A stretch of 64,000 bases of DNA, taken from Alphaproteobacteria bacterium. GTDB lineage: Bacteria; Pseudomonadota; Alphaproteobacteria; SP197. Position 1 is the stretch's first letter; each line of letters begins with the position of its first letter. Location: the NCBI GenBank assembly GCA_965228895.1, contig OZ245842.1, positions 5,280,001 through 5,344,000 of the forward strand. The letters are read 5' to 3'. Shown one piece after another: positions 55,265 to 64,000 of the stretch. Position numbers and translations under genes: made by a program. The notes beneath the pieces were generated by a model. The model did no database searches, was not told the DNA's origin, and saw nothing but the letters and a program-made list of their open reading frames with translations.

Positions 55265-55946
55265 GCAATCTTTCCAGTTCGGGGGACCTCAGCGATATGG
55301 GCCCTGGCGCCGTGTGATCAACGCGGGTCTGTTGTTGCTCGCAGTTTGCCTAGCTTACGCCATTCCGGCCCAAGCCGATCAAATGCGTATTCTGGCGCTC
55401 GGCGACAGCCTGACCGCAGGCTACGGTCTGCCCCAGGGTGATGGTTTTACGGATCAACTTCAGGCAGCCCTACAGGGACAAGGCTATGACGCCGTCGTGC
55501 TGAACGCCGGCGTTTCCGGCGATACCACGGCCGGCGGCCTGGCGCGGCTTGATTGGGCGCTGGCCGATGCACCCGATATCGTGATCGTCGAGCTGGGCGC
55601 TAACGACGCGCTCCGCGGCATCGATCCGGCGTCGAGCCGCGCCAATCTGGCTGCCATCCTTGATGAACTCCAGGCTCGGGGCGTGCCGGCGCTTCTGGCC
55701 GGCATGCTGGCGCCGCGCAACCTGGGCGCCGATTACGTCGATGCGTTCGACGGCATGTATGGCGCGTTGGCTGAAGAATACGATGTCCCGCTTTATCCGT
55801 TTTTCCTGGAAGGTGTCGCTGCCGAGCCTGACTTGAACCAGCCCGATGGTATTCATCCCAATGCGTCGGGTGTCGCGATCATCGTCGAAGGTATCCTGCC
55901 CGATGTCACAGCCATGTTGGATGCGCTGATGGAGGAGGGGTCATGA
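55263..55946 (+). CDS. tesA: SGNH arylesterase / acyl-CoA thioesterase I
   Basis: GDSLTAG, NAGVSGDTT, ELGAND, DGIHPN; signal peptide AQA|D. Confidence 0.92.
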   Translation: MQSFQFGGPQRYGPWRRVINAGLLLLAVCLAYAIPAQADQMRILALGDSLTAGYGLPQGDGFTDQLQAALQGQGYDAVVLNAGVSGDTTAGGLARLDWALADAPDIVIVELGANDALRGIDPASSRANLAAILDELQARGVPALLAGMLAPRNLGADYVDAFDGMYGALAEEYDVPLYPFFLEGVAAEPDLNQPDGIHPNASGVAIIVEGILPDVTAMLDALMEEGS

Positions 55947-56482
55947 GCCTGCCGCTCTTTATCGGTATCGATTTGCCGACGGGCGTGTCGGAACGGCTTG
56001 CCGGTCTGGGCGGCGGCGTGCCCGGCGCGCGCTGGGTGCCGGCCGAGAACATGCATGTGACGCTGCGCTATATCGGCGACGTCGACGGCACCATGGCCGA
56101 CGATATCGCGACCGGCCTGGCGCAGATCGGCGGCACCCCGTTCGAGATCGCCATCGAAGGCGTCGACCGGTTCGGCGGCAAGAACGATACCCGCGTGATC
56201 TATGCCGGCGTCGTGCCGCGCGATCCGCTGAAACACCTGCGCGACAAGATCGAGGCCATGCTGCAGCGCCTGGGCATGCAGGCCGACGAACGCCGCTACA
56301 CCCCCCACGTCACCCTGGCGCGCCTGAAACGCGCACCACAGGACCGGGTCGGCCGATTCCTGGAACATCACGGCATGCTGATGACCGAGCGCTTCGAGGT
56401 GCGCCAGTTCCACCTCTACGCCTCCATGCGCGGCCACGACGGCGCCGTCTACCGCATCGAGCACAGCTACCCCCTGGGGTAG
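55943..56482 (+). CDS. thpR: RNA 2',3'-cyclic phosphodiesterase (2H family)
   Basis: Two HxT motifs: MHVTLRYIG and PHVTLAR. Confidence 0.92.
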   Translation: MSLPLFIGIDLPTGVSERLAGLGGGVPGARWVPAENMHVTLRYIGDVDGTMADDIATGLAQIGGTPFEIAIEGVDRFGGKNDTRVIYAGVVPRDPLKHLRDKIEAMLQRLGMQADERRYTPHVTLARLKRAPQDRVGRFLEHHGMLMTERFEVRQFHLYASMRGHDGAVYRIEHSYPLG

Positions 56483-56509
56483 GGGGTTAGCTCTCTTCGA
56501 GCTGCACCG

Positions 56510-56578
56510 CCGGCCCACTCCCCCGCCCGGCCACCCATGGCAGCATCCTCGGGGTGGTCGGGAGGGGGAGTGGGCCGG
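56510..56578. repeat. GC-rich palindromic repeat, family B copy 2
   Basis: CCGGCCCACTCCCCC..GGGGGAGTGGGCCGG with 15-bp perfect outer arms. Confidence 0.8.
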
Positions 56579-56614
56579 CCCCGGAATTCAGCGGGGCGGC
56601 TAAGAGAAAACCCC

Positions 56615-57013
56615 CTACGCTTCGTCCTCGAGCCTATGCATGTCGTCGTCAGAAAGTCCGAAGTGGTGGCCGATCTCATGAATCAGGACGTTCTTGATGA
56701 TATCTTCAAGCGTATCTTCGCCGGCAGCCCATAGGTCCAGCAGGGGCCGGCGGTAGAGGAAGATACGGTCGACGTCTCCGGGCGCGTCGAGCACGCTTTT
56801 GTGGTCGATCGAGACGCCGTGATAGAGGCCGAGAAGATTGAACGGGTCGTCGATGCCCATGTCGTGCAGTGTGGCGGCCTCGGCGAACTCCTCGATCAGG
56901 ATCGCGACGCCGTCGACCTGACGGCGCAGGCCTTCGGGGATGTCGGCAAAAACCTGCTCGGCGACGCGCTGCATGTCTTCAGCGCTGGGGGCATAGCCAA
57001 ATGCTCTGGTCAT
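56615..57013 (-). CDS. Zincin-like metallopeptidase (Zincin_1)
   Basis: [28 protein letters not shown]; ATG 57013. Confidence 0.9.
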   Translation of the reverse strand: MTRAFGYAPSAEDMQRVAEQVFADIPEGLRRQVDGVAILIEEFAEAATLHDMGIDDPFNLLGLYHGVSIDHKSVLDAPGDVDRIFLYRRPLLDLWAAGEDTLEDIIKNVLIHEIGHHFGLSDDDMHRLEDEA

Positions 57014-57085
57014 GGCGCGAAACCTAGCTTGCCTTGCGCTGCTGTCCAACCGCCGCCACATTTAGGGCTCGGTTTGGCAGCTAAC

Positions 57086-57406
57086 ATGGGCTTTATGGGC
57101 GATAAACTCGATGGTGCGACGCGCGATGACGCAATCATGAGGCTTGACGGGTGGAAGCCGGTCGAAGGTCGTGACGCGATCGTCAAGTCGTTCAAATTCA
57201 AGGATTTTTTGACGGCGTTCGGGTTCATGGGCCGGGTTTCGGTGTACGCCGATGCGGTCGACCACCACCCCGAATGGTTCAATGTCTACAACCGCGTCGA
57301 TATCACGCTGACCAGCCACGATGTCGGTGGCGTCTCGCAGCGCGATATCGACATGGCCCGTTTCATCGATAAGGCAGCAGCCCGCACGGAGAAACAGACG
57401 TCATGA
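57086..57406 (+). CDS. phhB: Pterin-4a-carbinolamine dehydratase
   Basis: [30 protein letters not shown]; start 57086 or 57095. Confidence 0.92.
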   Translation: MGFMGDKLDGATRDDAIMRLDGWKPVEGRDAIVKSFKFKDFLTAFGFMGRVSVYADAVDHHPEWFNVYNRVDITLTSHDVGGVSQRDIDMARFIDKAAARTEKQTS

Positions 57407-57846
57407 ACTTCCATGCCACAGCCGGATTTGTTCGCCTGGCCCGCGCCCTGCCGGCCTACGCCATAATCCGCCGCACGGCGCGCGACATCGCCGATGGCAA
57501 ACCCGGCCCCTATGACCGCGATGCCCGCTATGTCGAGCAAGGTTTTTGGGGTAAGGCGAGGCGTTTGGCCGGACGCGTGCCGTTCGTGTTGGACCTGGCG
57601 GCGGCTTGGTATTGCGCCATGGACCGCACGACACCGGTGCACGTCAAGGCAATCCTGATGGGCGCGCTCGCCTACTTCGTGGTGCCCGCCGATATCGTGC
57701 CGGACATGCTGATCGGCTTTGGGCTGGTCGACGACGCGACTGTGTTGGCGACCGCGGTTTCCTCGGTGACCGGCCACGTCAAACCGCTACATTTCGAGAA
57801 GGCGAAGGACGCGCTGGCCTTTCAGGCGGAGCCGTCCGAGAGCTAG
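57403..57846 (+). CDS. YkvA/DUF1232 family protein
   Basis: [22 protein letters not shown]. Confidence 0.88.
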   Translation: MNFHATAGFVRLARALPAYAIIRRTARDIADGKPGPYDRDARYVEQGFWGKARRLAGRVPFVLDLAAAWYCAMDRTTPVHVKAILMGALAYFVVPADIVPDMLIGFGLVDDATVLATAVSSVTGHVKPLHFEKAKDALAFQAEPSES

Positions 57847-57948
57847 GCTCTTCTCTGTGTAGCTGCCGGGCCGACCAATAGGCCATGGACCGAGGTCCAT
57901 GGCGGGCGTAGGTTCCGCGACGTTTCACGACGTCGCCGACCGGGTCCC

Positions 57949-59184
57949 ATGCCGTTTCAATCCTATGTCAGGTTCGCTGCTGCGAACCGGAGGTTCGTCG
58001 CCTTCGGGTTCCTGGTCGCGTTCGGCTCCAGCTTCGGCCAGACTTATTTCATCGGCATCTTCGGCCCCGGCGTCCAGGCGGAGTTCGGCCTGAGCCATAC
58101 CGCCTGGGGCACGATCTACATGATCGGCACGCTGGCCAGCGCGCTGGTCCTGCCGTGGTCGGGCAAGCAGATCGACCGCCTCGACCTGCGGCTCTATACG
58201 GCTCTTGCCGGTCTGCTTCTGGTTGTCGCCTGTGTCGTGATGGCATCCACCGTCGGCCCGATCATGCTGGTTTTAGCGATCTTCCTCCTGCGCCAGTCTG
58301 GCCAGGGCTTGATGAGCCATATCGCGTTGACCAGCATGGCGCGCTACTTCGACATCGGCCGTGGCCGTGCTATCGCCATCGCCACGCTCGGCTTTTCAGC
58401 CGGCGAGGCGTTGCTGCCGTTCCTGGCCGTTGTCGCGATCGGTCTGGTCGGATGGCGCTGGACCTATGGCGGTGTCGCCATCGGCTTCGCGGTATTGTTG
58501 ATCCCCGCCTATCTGTGGCTGCTGAAGGGGCATGGCGAACGCCATCAGGCTCTGGTCCGTCGTCTGGGCGAAGCGGCCGCGACCAAGAGCGCGACGTCGT
58601 GGACACGGGGCGAGGTCATGCGCGACAAGCGTTTTTATATGCTGCTTGTCGGCATTCTGGCGCCGGCGCTGATCTTGACCGCCATGTTCTTCCACCACCT
58701 GAATGTCGCTGCCGCCAAGGGTTGGTCGGACGCCTGGATCACCGGCAACTACGTGGTCTACGCCGCAGCGACGGTCATAACGTCGCTGGCGTCCGGTCCC
58801 CTGATTGACCGGTTGGGCGCGGTGCGTCTGGTGCCTTTCATGATGGCGCCGTTGACGCTGGCCATGCTCGCCATCGGCCTGTTCGACAACCCCCTTATCG
58901 TCTGGCCTTACTTCATCCTCGCCGGCATCAGCACGGGCATCGGCCACACGGCGATCTCGGCCATGTGGGCGGAGGTCTATGGCGTCGATCATCTGGGCGC
59001 GATCAAAAGCCTGGCCGCCGCGCTCGGCGTCTTTGCCTCGGCACTCGGGCCGGTGGCGATGGGCGCCTTGATGGATGTCGGTTTATCGACCGACGCGGTC
59101 TGCCTGATCTTCGCCGGCTACACGGTGATCGGCGCGATCTCGATCGCCATCGGGCTTAGGGGTTATCGATCGTCGCCGGGATGA
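57949..59184 (+). CDS. MFS transporter
   Basis: ~12 TM segments; GKQIDR and GPLIDRLG motif-A-like loops; SSFGQT. Confidence 0.9.
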   Translation: MPFQSYVRFAAANRRFVAFGFLVAFGSSFGQTYFIGIFGPGVQAEFGLSHTAWGTIYMIGTLASALVLPWSGKQIDRLDLRLYTALAGLLLVVACVVMASTVGPIMLVLAIFLLRQSGQGLMSHIALTSMARYFDIGRGRAIAIATLGFSAGEALLPFLAVVAIGLVGWRWTYGGVAIGFAVLLIPAYLWLLKGHGERHQALVRRLGEAAATKSATSWTRGEVMRDKRFYMLLVGILAPALILTAMFFHHLNVAAAKGWSDAWITGNYVVYAAATVITSLASGPLIDRLGAVRLVPFMMAPLTLAMLAIGLFDNPLIVWPYFILAGISTGIGHTAISAMWAEVYGVDHLGAIKSLAAALGVFASALGPVAMGALMDVGLSTDAVCLIFAGYTVIGAISIAIGLRGYRSSPG

Positions 59185-59190
59185 TCCCTT

Positions 59191-60240
59191 TCAGCTTGGC
59201 CAGATGAGATAGCGCAGTAGGACGACCATGATCTCGAAGAGATCGAGGTCCGTGATCCACGCTTCCGGGATGCCGTCGAGGCCGTGGCGCGCGGCCCAGA
59301 TCTGGCCGGCAAGGCTTGCGGTGCTGTCGCTGTCGCCGTCGTGATTGGCTGCGATTTGCAGGGCTTCGCTGAACGATCCGGCGGCGAGAGCCGCGTACGC
59401 CGCGATGGCCAAGGCCTCATCGCCGACCCAGCCTTCGCCGAGCCGCGCAACATGCGTGGCGTGATCATCGGTTGGGCGAGTTGCCAGGCGCGCGGCCTCG
59501 CCAAGAAGTCTGTTGGTTTCGTCGCCGTCGGCGGGCGTACCGAGGTAGTCCCGCGCGTCACCAAGTGCCTGCGCCGGGCTGGCGCCGTTGATCAACGTGA
59601 AGAGCAGGACCGCCATGGCGCCCGCGGGACGGAAACCGCCGGGGTGACCGTGGGTCAGGGCGGCTGCGCGCTCGGCAAGATCGTAGCGCGCTGACGCGTC
59701 GCCCAGGCCCGGCATGACGCCTATCGGGGCGACACGCATGACGCCGCCGCAGCCCTTGCTGTCGTTGGTCGGTAATACCGGCGTGCCACGCCCGCCTTCG
59801 GCCAGGGCCGACAGGCAGGTGCCGCCGGGTGCGCGCTGATGCCACATCGAAGGCTGCGCGCCGAGGCGGCCGTGGTAATCGACCGCTCGCGGGTCGCCGG
59901 TTTGGGTCGCATACCAGTCCAGATAGGCTTCGCGGATCGACTCCAGCACCGTGTCGCTGTCGCCTAGTTGTTTCCGGCTGAGGATAAGTCCTTCCAGCGT
60001 GAACAAGGTCATCTGGGTATCGTCGGAGACAATCAGCTTGCCGTCGTGGCGGACCGGTTCGGTCAGGCCGCTTGCGCCGAACTGAGAGCGGATCGCGTCC
60101 AGCCGGCTGAACTCCACGGCGTAGCCGAAGGCATCGCCGATGGCGCCCGCGACAATGCATGCGACCGCGCGATCGGTCATGCCGCCAGCCGGCGCATCGG
60201 CGAGGCCCAGCGTTTCCCGAACTGATGGACCCCCGGCCAT
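59191..60240 (-). CDS. ADP-ribosylglycohydrolase (ARH/DraG family)
   Basis: GAIGDAFG..VEF, SDDTQMT, DSKGCGGVMR, LTHGH, NHDGDSDST; start 60240 or 60180. Confidence 0.92.
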   Translation of the reverse strand: MAGGPSVRETLGLADAPAGGMTDRAVACIVAGAIGDAFGYAVEFSRLDAIRSQFGASGLTEPVRHDGKLIVSDDTQMTLFTLEGLILSRKQLGDSDTVLESIREAYLDWYATQTGDPRAVDYHGRLGAQPSMWHQRAPGGTCLSALAEGGRGTPVLPTNDSKGCGGVMRVAPIGVMPGLGDASARYDLAERAAALTHGHPGGFRPAGAMAVLLFTLINGASPAQALGDARDYLGTPADGDETNRLLGEAARLATRPTDDHATHVARLGEGWVGDEALAIAAYAALAAGSFSEALQIAANHDGDSDSTASLAGQIWAARHGLDGIPEAWITDLDLFEIMVVLLRYLIWPS

Positions 60241-60244
60241 ACCG

Positions 60245-61201
60245 CTATTTCTTGCCACCACGCGGTGTCTCGGACAACGGCCCGGCGGCACTGGCAGCGG
60301 CGCCGCTGGTCGCCCGCTGGGCGCGGATCTGGGCTTCGCGGTGGGCGACATAGACGGAGCTGGCGGCGATGATCGCCGCGCCGACCCAGGTCCAGATATC
60401 GGTGGCCTCCCCGAAGAAGACCCAGCCGAGCAGGGCAACCATGGGCAGGCGCGTATAATCGAACGGCATCAGGTACGTCGTGTCGGCCATGGAAAACGCG
60501 CGGGTGAAGGCGACATGGGCGATGCTGGCGAAGACGCCGAGCACGATCAGCCACAGCCACATCTCCGGGCTTGGCCAGCTCCAGACAAAGATCGCGGGAA
60601 CGAGCGAGATCGGCGTGATCAACAGCGTCTGCCAGGCGACCAGACTCGCCGATTCATCGGTTCGGGTCAGAACCTTCATGGTGATGATCGAGAGCGCCAT
60701 GGTGGCGGCCGAGGCGATGACCAAAAGCTCGCCTTCGCCGATCGAATCGACGCCGGGCCTTAAGATCACCAGCGTGCCCAGGAAACCGATAATGAGCGCG
60801 GTGATGCGGCGTACGCGGATGACCTCCTTCAAGATCACCACCGCCGCGATGGCCGCGAACAGCGGCGCGGTGAAACTCAAGGCGACGGCGTTCGCCAGCG
60901 GCACGATGGCAAGCGCCGAGAACCACGTCGCCATGGCGAGGAAACCCCAGAACGAGCGCATCAGGATCATGCCGAAACGCTCGGTCTTCATAGCGCCGAG
61001 GCCATGGCTTATCAGCCACGGCATCATGGCGAGGAAGCCGAAAAGATTGCGGAAGAAGACGATCTCCAGTGGATCCACCTCGCTCGCGACGTGGCGGATG
61101 ATCGCGTTCATCGAGGCGAAGAACACGCAGGCGAAGATCAGCAGCCCGGCGGCCTTGACCGGTGGTGAGGGGTTGATCTTGAGGAAGCGCGGGAACCGCA
61201 T
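60245..61201 (-). CDS. DMT/EamA transporter
   Basis: EIVFFR, FTAPLF, LKE, IGFLG.LVILRPG, PFDY, FGE. Confidence 0.92.
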   Translation of the reverse strand: MRFPRFLKINPSPPVKAAGLLIFACVFFASMNAIIRHVASEVDPLEIVFFRNLFGFLAMMPWLISHGLGAMKTERFGMILMRSFWGFLAMATWFSALAIVPLANAVALSFTAPLFAAIAAVVILKEVIRVRRITALIIGFLGTLVILRPGVDSIGEGELLVIASAATMALSIITMKVLTRTDESASLVAWQTLLITPISLVPAIFVWSWPSPEMWLWLIVLGVFASIAHVAFTRAFSMADTTYLMPFDYTRLPMVALLGWVFFGEATDIWTWVGAAIIAASSVYVAHREAQIRAQRATSGAAASAAGPLSETPRGGKK

Positions 61202-61299
61202 CGAGGTTCAAGCTTAGGCCCCGGCGGTGGCGAGGACCAGTGTGGTTCCGTGGACGCAGCCATGTGTGATAGGAGGTCGGTGCGAACTGGCATGGGCTG

Positions 61300-63261
61300 A
61301 TGGTGATGACAGAACCTCTTTGGACCCCCGATCCCGCGCGCGTGGCGGCGACCAATGTCACCGCGTTCCGCAATGTCGTCGCCGACACCTATGGTGTCGC
61401 GCTCGATGACTACGCGGCGCTGTGGTCGTGGTCGGTCGAGAACCGCGCCCCGTTCTGGGAGACGTTGTGGGGTTTCTGCGATATCCGCGCGTCGAAGACC
61501 TGGGATGAGGTGCTGGTCGACGGCGACAAGATGCCGGGCGCCAAATGGTTCACCGGCACACGCCTGAACTACGCCGAAAACCTGCTGCGGCGGCGCGACC
61601 AGAACGAAGCGATCGTATGCTGGCGCGAAAACGGTACGCGCAGCGCCATGACCTATGCCGAACTCTACGACACCGTCGCCGCGTTAAGGGGCTGGATGGC
61701 CGCCAAGGGCATCGGCGAGGGCGACCGGGTCGCCGGTTTCATGCCCAACCTGCCGGAGACCATCGCCGCTATGCTCGCGGCGGCCAGTCTGGGTGCGGTG
61801 TGGTCGTCATGTTCGCCCGATTTTGGCGTGCGCGGCGTGCTCGACCGGTTCGGCCAGATCGAACCGAAGCTGCTGGTGACCGCCGACGGCTACTTCTATG
61901 GCGGCAAAACGTTCGACAGTCTGGCGCGGGTTAAGGAAATCACCGGCGGTCTATCGAGCGTGGCCGACATCCTTGTCGTGCCCTACGTCAACGCCCAACC
62001 GGACTTGACCGTGCTCGCCAACGCCACGTCCTGGGCCGAGGCGACATCGGACGTGCCGGACGACGATATCGACTTCGCCCAGGTGCCGTTCGATCACCCG
62101 CTCTTCATCATGTATTCGTCGGGCACCACCGGCGCGCCCAAATGCATCGTGCATGGTCACGGCGGCACGCTGCTGCAGCATGTGAAGGAACTGCGCCTGC
62201 ACACCGATCTGAAGCCGGGTGAGCGCATTTTCTACTTTTCGACATGCGGCTGGATGATGTGGAACTGGCTCGTCTCGAGCCTGGCCTGCGAAGCGACCGT
62301 CATGCTGTTCGAGGGTAACCCCGCCCATCCCGGCCCGGACATCCTGTGGGAGTTCGCCGAGAAGGAACGCATCAACGTCGTCGGCGTCTCCGCCAAGTAC
62401 CTCTCGGCGATCGAGAAGGCCGGCGTCAAACCGCGCGAGACCCTTGACCTATCCGCCGTGCGCGCGGTGCTCTCGACCGGTTCGCCGCTGGCGCACGAAA
62501 GCTTCGACTACGTCTACCGCGACATCAAGGAAGACGTGCAGCTCTCGTCCATCTCCGGCGGTACCGACATCATTTCCTGCTTTACGCTCGGCAACCCGAG
62601 CGGGCCGGTCTTCAAAGGCGAACTGCAGTGCCGCGGCCTCGCCATGAAGGTCGAGGTGTTCGGCGATGACGGTAAAGCCTTGCCGACCGGTGAGAAGGGC
62701 GAACTCGTCTGTTCGGCGGCGTTCCCCTCGATGCCGATCGGGTTCTGGAACGACCCGGACGGCGCGAAGTATCACGCCGCCTATTTCGATGTGTACGACA
62801 ACGTCTGGCGTCACGGCGACTGGGCGGAGATCACCGAGCACGGCGGCGTCATTGTCTATGGGCGCTCCGATGCCGTGCTCAATCCCGGCGGCGTGCGCAT
62901 TGGGACCGCCGAGATCTATCGCCAGGTCGAACAGTTCGACGAGGTGCTCGATGCGCTTTGCATCGGCCAGGACTGGGACGACGACGTGCGTGTCGTCCTC
63001 TTCGTCGTCATGCGTCCCGGCCACGATCTGACCGACGACCTGATTGCGGCGATCCGCAAGAAGATCCGCGACAACGCCTCGCCGCGCCACACGCCGGCCA
63101 AGGTCATTGCGGTCGCCGACATCCCGCGCACGCGCTCCAATAAGATCAGCGAACTCGCCGTGCGCGACATCGTGCACGGCCGCCAGGTCAAGAACACCGA
63201 AGCGCTCGCCAACCCGGAAGCACTCAAGCTGTTCGAAGGGATCGCCGCGTTGCAGGTGTAA
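61300..63261 (+). CDS. Acetoacetate--CoA ligase (acetoacetyl-CoA synthetase)
   Basis: WSSCSPDFG, YSSGTTGAPKCIVH, GWMMWNW, SISGGTD, GRSDAVLNPGGVRIGTAE, ALANPE. Confidence 0.93.
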   Translation: MVMTEPLWTPDPARVAATNVTAFRNVVADTYGVALDDYAALWSWSVENRAPFWETLWGFCDIRASKTWDEVLVDGDKMPGAKWFTGTRLNYAENLLRRRDQNEAIVCWRENGTRSAMTYAELYDTVAALRGWMAAKGIGEGDRVAGFMPNLPETIAAMLAAASLGAVWSSCSPDFGVRGVLDRFGQIEPKLLVTADGYFYGGKTFDSLARVKEITGGLSSVADILVVPYVNAQPDLTVLANATSWAEATSDVPDDDIDFAQVPFDHPLFIMYSSGTTGAPKCIVHGHGGTLLQHVKELRLHTDLKPGERIFYFSTCGWMMWNWLVSSLACEATVMLFEGNPAHPGPDILWEFAEKERINVVGVSAKYLSAIEKAGVKPRETLDLSAVRAVLSTGSPLAHESFDYVYRDIKEDVQLSSISGGTDIISCFTLGNPSGPVFKGELQCRGLAMKVEVFGDDGKALPTGEKGELVCSAAFPSMPIGFWNDPDGAKYHAAYFDVYDNVWRHGDWAEITEHGGVIVYGRSDAVLNPGGVRIGTAEIYRQVEQFDEVLDALCIGQDWDDDVRVVLFVVMRPGHDLTDDLIAAIRKKIRDNASPRHTPAKVIAVADIPRTRSNKISELAVRDIVHGRQVKNTEALANPEALKLFEGIAALQV

Positions 63262-63336
63262 CGGCGCGGCTGAACGGCTAGTCTGCTCTGCACCAAGGGC
63301 GCTTCGTCACACAGGTATCGCAGGAATGGGGAAACG

Positions 63337-64000
63337 ATGAACGAGCTGACCAAACTCCGTGTCGGCCTGGCCGGGCTATCGAATGATGTCGCTGAGGTGC
63401 AGGCGCCGGTCAACCGCACTCACCTGGCGGCAAAGACGGCCAAGTCGACGCTCGCCAAACCCGGGCAACTCTCCCGGGCGATGAAGGGTTTGATCAGGAA
63501 GGCGGACACGCTCAGCAACTCGGCTGTCGTCCTGACACCCTTTCCGGTGATCGGTACGCTGGCGAGCCGCATCGGCACGATCATGCGCAAGGTCAAATCG
63601 ACGGCGGAAAAATTCAAACGCACCGCCGACCAGATGGACAAGCGCAGCAAGCCCGCGCAGAAGGCCGTCGCCACCATCCTGCCGCCGGTCAGCAAGGCGA
63701 AGATGTCGCTGGACCGGGCGCAGGCGCTGCTGCAGGGCTGGCTCGCGATCGTCACCGAGCTCGAGCGTCGGTTCGGCGAGACGCCGCCGCCCGAAGTCGA
63801 ATCCGCCTGCGCGACCATGAACCTGTCACTGGCGCCCGACATCAAGGCCGTCGCCGCCGCGAAACCCGGTTTGCAAAACAATCTGGACATCGTCAGCGGT
63901 GCGCTCGAGGGCGTCGCGGTTGCGATGAAACCCATCGACCCGGCGCTGAGGGCCGCCAATGACATCGTGCAGAAGCTGCGGCCGCTGGAAGGTCCGTTGA
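63337..64000 (+). CDS. Hypothetical helical protein, truncated by window end (not in ORF track)
   Basis: Open frame from ATG 63337 (MNELTKLRVGLAGLSNDV..) to the end, with GC-rich third positions and a purine-rich upstream region. Confidence 0.7.
   Translation, partial: MNELTKLRVGLAGLSNDVAEVQAPVNRTHLAAKTAKSTLAKPGQLSRAMKGLIRKADTLSNSAVVLTPFPVIGTLASRIGTIMRKVKSTAEKFKRTADQMDKRSKPAQKAVATILPPVSKAKMSLDRAQALLQGWLAIVTELERRFGETPPPEVESACATMNLSLAPDIKAVAAAKPGLQNNLDIVSGALEGVAVAMKPIDPALRAANDIVQKLRPLEGPL

Noticed and set aside
55255-55270. Overlapping divergent starts of ybbA and tesA (CATG)
   Set aside because: A head-to-head overlapping tesA/ybbA arrangement is already known in E. coli.

Overview
High-GC bacterial DNA, very likely an alphaproteobacterium (Caulobacter-type cpa/tad locus, SAM-II riboswitch, TIGR02281 protease); TMAO demethylase and a sodium channel suggest a marine lifestyle (inference). 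Five blocks. (1) 1-15.2 kb: a Tad/Flp pilus locus with an internally duplicated CpaB and a cpaE that seems to start at ATA. (2) 15.3-23.3 kb: a sulfur-linked block in which a SAM-II riboswitch with a terminator/antiterminator platform precedes sirC-like, cysH, a ~1157-aa fused NfnB/NfnA-like flavo-Fe-S enzyme and a flavodoxin-fold reductase. (3) 23.5-48.2 kb: a methylated-amine catabolic region with Tdm, ALDH, an atypical ACAD, a Liv-type ABC transporter split into convergent halves, an atypical enolase-family enzyme, and a DeoR / TmoX-like ABC / choline-kinase-like / DMGDH-like module. (4) 48.2-63.3 kb: mostly housekeeping genes (BacNav channel, YccA, YbbAP-TesA, ThpR, PhhB, MFS, ARH, DMT, acetoacetyl-CoA synthetase). 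(5) A truncated unknown ORF at the right edge. Two families of intergenic palindromic repeats occur (3 and 2 copies). No rRNA, tRNA, CRISPR array, integrase or transposase was recognised. All calls come from motif recognition by eye; no searches were run.
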